The notes under the pieces: generated by a model | Databases searched by the model: none | What the model was told of the DNA's origin: nothing | What the model saw: the letters and a program-made list of their open reading frames with translations, nothing else | Made by a program: the position numbers and the translations under genes | In this document: in pieces, positions 59,980-64,000 of the stretch | Layout: the number at the start of each line of letters is the position of its first letter | How positions within the stretch are numbered: the first letter of the stretch is position 1 | From: an uncultured Solirubrobacterales bacterium | GTDB lineage: Bacteria; Actinomycetota; Thermoleophilia; Solirubrobacterales; 70-9 | NCBI GenBank assembly: GCA_963717495.1 | Contig: OY970339.1 | Location: forward strand, 2,551,798-2,615,797 | DNA: 64,000 nucleotides | Direction: 5' to 3'

Positions 59980-62007
59980 TCAATCGCTGGCGAAGGTGAC
60001 CGTGGTGGCGGCGTGGAGGCGCCTGCCACCGCCGGCGGGGGTGAACGTGACTTTGACCCGGGCCCGCAGCTCCTGCCCGCGCTTCAGCGCCGCCCGGTAG
60101 CGAGGGGCGGCCCGCATGACTACGTGGAAGCTTCCCTTGCCGCGAGCCCGCGTCTGGCGGGCGGCGATCTCCCGCACCCGCGGCGGTTTGCCGCGCCGCG
60201 TCGTCGCCACCGCCTTGATCGCGCCCGCCGCCGGAACCGAGATGGTCAGCACGATCACGCCACCGGCTTTGGCCTGCGCCCGAACGAAGACCCGGGCCCC
60301 CGCCCGGCTTTCCTTGACCGAGCTGGCGCCGCCAGCCGTACGCGCCGCGGTGGGCGCCCCTTCGATTGGCTGGGGGAGCCGGGTCGCGACGAAGGCGTCG
60401 GCGCGCTGGTTAGCGTCGCCGCGAAAGAGGTTGCCGGCGAAGGAGCTGAAGGCGACTCGGGACCCGTCGCCGGATATCGCGACACCGTCCTGGGCGCCGC
60501 CGTCGACGTCGCCACCGGAGATCGAGTGGGTGGCCCGCTCCAGCGTGCGGCTCTGGAGGTCGACCACGTAGAGCTCCTGGGGGCCGGGTACCGCGCGCGG
60601 GGCACCGGTCAGTTGCAGGGCGGGCAGGACAAATCTGGTGCGGCTGGTGGTCATCGCGAGAAAGCGACCACTTGACGACAGCGCGATCGAGCCCAGCGGC
60701 AGGTTGGTCGCGAGGTCGCCCGTCGAGGTATCGCGGGTCAGCTCGACGGTGCCCTGCTTACGACTCACGCCCGGCCGCATGTCGGTGAGATAGAGGTCGA
60801 GACCCGGGCCGCTCTGGACGACCGGACGGGGGCCGGCGCCGGTGAGGAAGGCGACCGTGTAGCCGTCGCCACTGAGCGCCGGCAGCTGCGAGCCGATGTC
60901 GGCGCGGTTGGCCTCCTGGTCGGTCAGCGGGCCGAGGCAGGGACCGGTCGCGCTGGGGCTGAACACGGTTTCCATGCCAGGGTTTTCCATTTCCATCTGG
61001 CGGCAGACCGGGTCATCCGGATCGGCGAGGCCGGTGATCCGGCGCGTCGGCTCCGTGGGCCCGAACGGGGCGCGGCGCCAGAGGTAGTAGTTGAAGCTGG
61101 GGTCCGGGTTCTCGCCCGCGAGGAGACGGGTCTGGACACTGGCGTTGCCGCCGGTCCAGGCGACGGTGGTGCCATCGGCGCTGAGTGCGGCGCCGATGGC
61201 ACCACCGGAGGGCTCGGCGCTCATCAGCCCCGTTTCCGCGTCGCGCACAGCGGTGACCAGGGTCGTCGTCTGCCCGGTCAGGTCACGGACGAAGATCTGC
61301 CCGGCGGCCGTTTCGACTCCCGGCCTGGCGGGCAGGTCGGAAACAGCCTCGGTGCGAAAGGCGATCCTGCCGCCGTCGGCGCTGATCGCCACCCCGGGGG
61401 ATACTTCAGCGCCAGGATCGCCCCCGGCGAGCGGGACAGCCGGAGGCGCGTAACTCGCCGGCGCTTCGCCGCCGCCGCGGGCCGAGACCAGGGTGTAGGC
61501 GCCGGGTTCGTTCGGCGAACGGCTCATATCCCTGCGGTAGACGTCGACGTTGTCGTTCCCGTCGGCGGGCACCAGCCGCTGGCCGGTCGAGAAGGCGACG
61601 AAGCGTCCGTCGGCGCTGATCGAGGGGTTCGAGGCGCCGCGGCGGAGGAAGGCGTTGTCGCTTTCGCGGAAGAGGTCCCCGTCGGCGACTTTTGCCAGCA
61701 TCCTCGTCTGCAGGTCGAAGCGGAAGACGCCGCCGACGCGGTAATCGCCGGCCGGGTCGGGATCGTCGTCGGCGAAGAAGTTGCGGGCTCGGGTCTGCAT
61801 CGCGACGTAGCGCCCGTCGGCGGAGATCGCCGCGAATTTGGTCGTGTCGTCGCCCTGTTCGAGGCGGCCGTAGTCGGCGGATATCAGCTGCGCGCCCGCC
61901 GCTCCGTCGACGGCGTTGCCGAAGAAGGCGCCGGCGCCGGCGGGCACGGCAAGCCCGAGAAGGGCCAGGACGGCAGACGTGAGATGGGCCAGTGCTTGGC
62001 GGCTCAT
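59980..62007 (-). CDS. Secreted PD40/TolB-like beta-propeller protein with Arg/Lys-rich C-terminal module
   Basis: Signal 'LTSAVLALLGLAVPAGAGA'. At least 7 repeats of '[IL]S[AG]DG..[VI]A[FWM]' (e.g. ISADGRYVAMQT, ISADGRFVAFST, LSGDGYTVAFLT, ISGDGSRVAFSS). Tail 'LTISVPAAGAIKAVATT...RARVKVTFTPAGGG'. Confidence 0.8.
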   Translation of the reverse strand: MSRQALAHLTSAVLALLGLAVPAGAGAFFGNAVDGAAGAQLISADYGRLEQGDDTTKFAAISADGRYVAMQTRARNFFADDDPDPAGDYRVGGVFRFDLQTRMLAKVADGDLFRESDNAFLRRGASNPSISADGRFVAFSTGQRLVPADGNDNVDVYRRDMSRSPNEPGAYTLVSARGGGEAPASYAPPAVPLAGGDPGAEVSPGVAISADGGRIAFRTEAVSDLPARPGVETAAGQIFVRDLTGQTTTLVTAVRDAETGLMSAEPSGGAIGAALSADGTTVAWTGGNASVQTRLLAGENPDPSFNYYLWRRAPFGPTEPTRRITGLADPDDPVCRQMEMENPGMETVFSPSATGPCLGPLTDQEANRADIGSQLPALSGDGYTVAFLTGAGPRPVVQSGPGLDLYLTDMRPGVSRKQGTVELTRDTSTGDLATNLPLGSIALSSSGRFLAMTTSRTRFVLPALQLTGAPRAVPGPQELYVVDLQSRTLERATHSISGGDVDGGAQDGVAISGDGSRVAFSSFAGNLFRGDANQRADAFVATRLPQPIEGAPTAARTAGGASSVKESRAGARVFVRAQAKAGGVIVLTISVPAAGAIKAVATTRRGKPPRVREIAARQTRARGKGSFHVVMRAAPRYRAALKRGQELRARVKVTFTPAGGGRRLHAATTVTFASD

Positions 62008-64000
62008 CCGACCCGCACCCTGCGCTCGAGCTGGACGGTGTTGCCGGCGTGGTCGCGGGCGCTGACGAGGAGGCGGTAGGTGCCGGCCTTCGCATAGGCG
62101 TGGCGGACCGTCTTGACGATCGGCTTCTTCTTGCCCTTGCCGCCCTTCTTGTGTTTGGCGGTGGAGATCACAGTGCCGCCGCCACCCTTCTCCTGGCCCT
62201 TTCCACCGCCCGTTCCGTCGCCGAAGAGGACCTTCGCCGAGCTGCTCTTGAGGCCGGAGGTCCCGAGCCTGCCACCGTCGGTAATCGAGACGGCGAGGCG
62301 CTGACCGTGCCGCCGCACAGTCACCTTCGGCGGCCGCCGGTCGATCCGTAGCACGGCATTGCGGGAGCCGGTCTGCTGGCCGGCGTCGTCGATTGCGAAG
62401 ACCTGGATGCGGTGGCGGCCGTCGCCGATCTCACCGCTGCGCAGCAGCGCGAAGAGCCGTTTCGTTTCCTTGCCGACCGGCTCGTCGTCGACGCTGACCG
62501 AGTAGTCGACGTGGCCGATCGCGTTGACCGCGGCGGCCCAGTGGATCGCGACCTCGGCCTGGCGCCTCCAGCCCGCCGGAGTCTGCACGAAGAAGGGGTT
62601 GGGAGGAGCGTTGACGATTGCGGCCGCGACCTGCGTGTTGGCGCCGCTGCCCTGGGTCCAGGCGACGATCGCGTCGCCGAGCCCGGAGCCTCCCATCCGC
62701 ACTCCGCCGACGGCACCGCCCAGCGGTGCGCTCAGCCCGGCCGGATCGACCACGCCGTCGGCCCGGCGCTCCTGGACCCCGACCGCGCCGGCGCCGCCGC
62801 GCAGTTCGCGCCAGGCGGCGACCGCGGCGCCGGTTTCGGAGAAGTCGACCTGGGGGTCGCCGGCGACGGAGCTCGCGCCTTCGTCGAGCCGCAGCACGCT
62901 GCCGACTTTGTCGTTATCACCGGTCCCGAGCAGCGTCGCCGAGTCGCTGCCGAAGCCGGCCACGAAGGCACCGTTGGGCTCGACGCCGATGCTCGGCACA
63001 CCCAGCCCGGCCCGGACGCCGCCGTCGGCCAAGCGGGCGCCGGCGAAGGCCGCGGCGCCGGTGGCAAAGGCGTCGGGCATCTCGTTGACGAAGAGACGCG
63101 GCGCGGTCAGCTTGCTCGACTGGCCCGGCTGCTGGCGCAGCGCCACGGCGGCCTGGCCGAAGCCGCCGACGTCGAGCGAGAAGGCGTCGGCGGGCCCGCG
63201 CAGCGGCACCCCTTCCAAGCTCGAGGGGCTGACCTGGAGGGGGATGCCGACGGTGGTCCCGAACAGTCGCCGAGCCCAGACGCGGTCGACGAATTCGTCA
63301 TCGGGCTCCTGCCAGGCGACGACGCCGTTGCCCTGGACGTCGATCCCGATCCGCGGTCCCGTGGCCTCGGTTGGCAGCCGCAGCGGCGCCGCCGGGTTGC
63401 GGTTGACCGGACTGCCGAGCGGCGACCAGAGCCGGTTGTTGTAGCGGGCGGCACGCACGCTGGCGCTGACGTAGCCGGGCGGGTTGGCGGCGCTGGTGTC
63501 GGTGACGACGAGATAGGCGAGATACGCCTGCCCGCCGGCATTCATCGCCAGGTCGGGAAAAGACGAGGTCGCCTCGCCGACGTTGAAGTCGACCGGCACC
63601 GGGGGCGAGAAGCCGCTCGCGCCCGGGTCGAGACCGGCCGAGAACATGCGGTCGCTGCCGACCCCGAACTCCTGCACCCAGGTGACCAGCAGGCGCCCAC
63701 GGTTGCCGGCCGCGATCCGCGGCCAGCTCGAGTCGAACGCCTGCCCAACGTCGATCCGCAACGGCGCGGTCCAGGCGTTGCCGTCGAAGCGGGTGACAAA
63801 AACATGGTTGCGCCCGTCCGCTTTTTTCAGATAGACGACACCACCGCTTCCGTCTTCGGCCATCGCCGCATCCGTCACTTCGACCAGGTCGGCACTGGGC
63901 CCCTCGATCAGGTGCGTGTCGGAGATTTCAGCACCGGCGGCAGCGGGCCAGACGAGCAGGAAGAGGCCGACCGCGGCGACTGGCAGGAAGCGAGGGCGCA
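62004..64000 (-). CDS. Large secreted protein (5' end beyond the window) with repeated Trp-containing beta-repeats, an FN3/Ig-like domain and a PKD-like C-terminus
   Basis: - The track ORF starts at 63878, but the frame stays open to 64000. I translated it by hand as ...RPRFLPVAAVGLFLLVWPAAAGAEISDTHLIEGPSADLVEVTDAAM, a signal peptide, so the true start lies beyond the window.
- The C-terminal 'VRHAYAKAGTYRLLVSARDHAGN' is PKD-like.
- There is a 4-nt overlap with the downstream gene. Confidence 0.75.
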   Translation of the reverse strand, partial: RPRFLPVAAVGLFLLVWPAAAGAEISDTHLIEGPSADLVEVTDAAMAEDGSGGVVYLKKADGRNHVFVTRFDGNAWTAPLRIDVGQAFDSSWPRIAAGNRGRLLVTWVQEFGVGSDRMFSAGLDPGASGFSPPVPVDFNVGEATSSFPDLAMNAGGQAYLAYLVVTDTSAANPPGYVSASVRAARYNNRLWSPLGSPVNRNPAAPLRLPTEATGPRIGIDVQGNGVVAWQEPDDEFVDRVWARRLFGTTVGIPLQVSPSSLEGVPLRGPADAFSLDVGGFGQAAVALRQQPGQSSKLTAPRLFVNEMPDAFATGAAAFAGARLADGGVRAGLGVPSIGVEPNGAFVAGFGSDSATLLGTGDNDKVGSVLRLDEGASSVAGDPQVDFSETGAAVAAWRELRGGAGAVGVQERRADGVVDPAGLSAPLGGAVGGVRMGGSGLGDAIVAWTQGSGANTQVAAAIVNAPPNPFFVQTPAGWRRQAEVAIHWAAAVNAIGHVDYSVSVDDEPVGKETKRLFALLRSGEIGDGRHRIQVFAIDDAGQQTGSRNAVLRIDRRPPKVTVRRHGQRLAVSITDGGRLGTSGLKSSSAKVLFGDGTGGGKGQEKGGGGTVISTAKHKKGGKGKKKPIVKTVRHAYAKAGTYRLLVSARDHAGNTVQLERRVRVG

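Overview
High-GC bacterial chromosomal segment, Actinomycetota-like. The Bacillus-type long SRP RNA hints at a deep-branching lineage such as Thermoleophilia or Rubrobacteria, but that is inference only. About 60 genes are tightly packed, and many neighbours share 4-nt start/stop overlaps (ATGA/GTGA/TTGA).

Housekeeping content:
- tadA, three tRNAs (Ser-GGA, Ser-CGA, Val-CAC) and a long Alu-domain SRP RNA.
- dnaX-ybaB-recR, ftsH and arfB.

Transport and regulation:
- A 5-gene Opp/Dpp-type peptide ABC operon, an MFS exporter, a DrrAB-like ABC-2 pair, a cation/H+ antiporter and an orphan yrbEAB (MlaE-like) permease pair.
- c-di-GMP components: a BcsA-like GT2-PilZ synthase, a membrane HD-GYP protein and a degenerate GGDEF protein.
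- Many regulators: 3 paralogous TetR, GntR, MerR and a stand-alone OmpR-type winged helix.

Most unusual content:
1. Two clusters of giant secreted beta-propeller proteins (6647-13719 and 53417->64000). They look lower in GC by eye.
2. A recurring Lys/Arg-rich C-terminal beta-module on four otherwise unrelated secreted proteins.
3. A small secreted protein whose mature N-terminus and cysteine pattern mimic the N-domain of eukaryotic TIMPs.
4. A TetR-coupled operon: two-domain dCTP-deaminase-like protein, YtoQ, SnoaL-like protein.
5. Long perfect G-rich palindromes, several with unusually large 21-26 nt loops. One lies in-frame inside a membrane glycosyltransferase gene.
6. A 506-bp low-GC intergenic region with repeats, a micro-ORF and a clean intrinsic terminator.

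I saw no transposase, integrase, prophage or CRISPR array.

Limits: all calls come from reading the sequence and translations. No database search or computation was run. Start codons and RNA ends are approximate.
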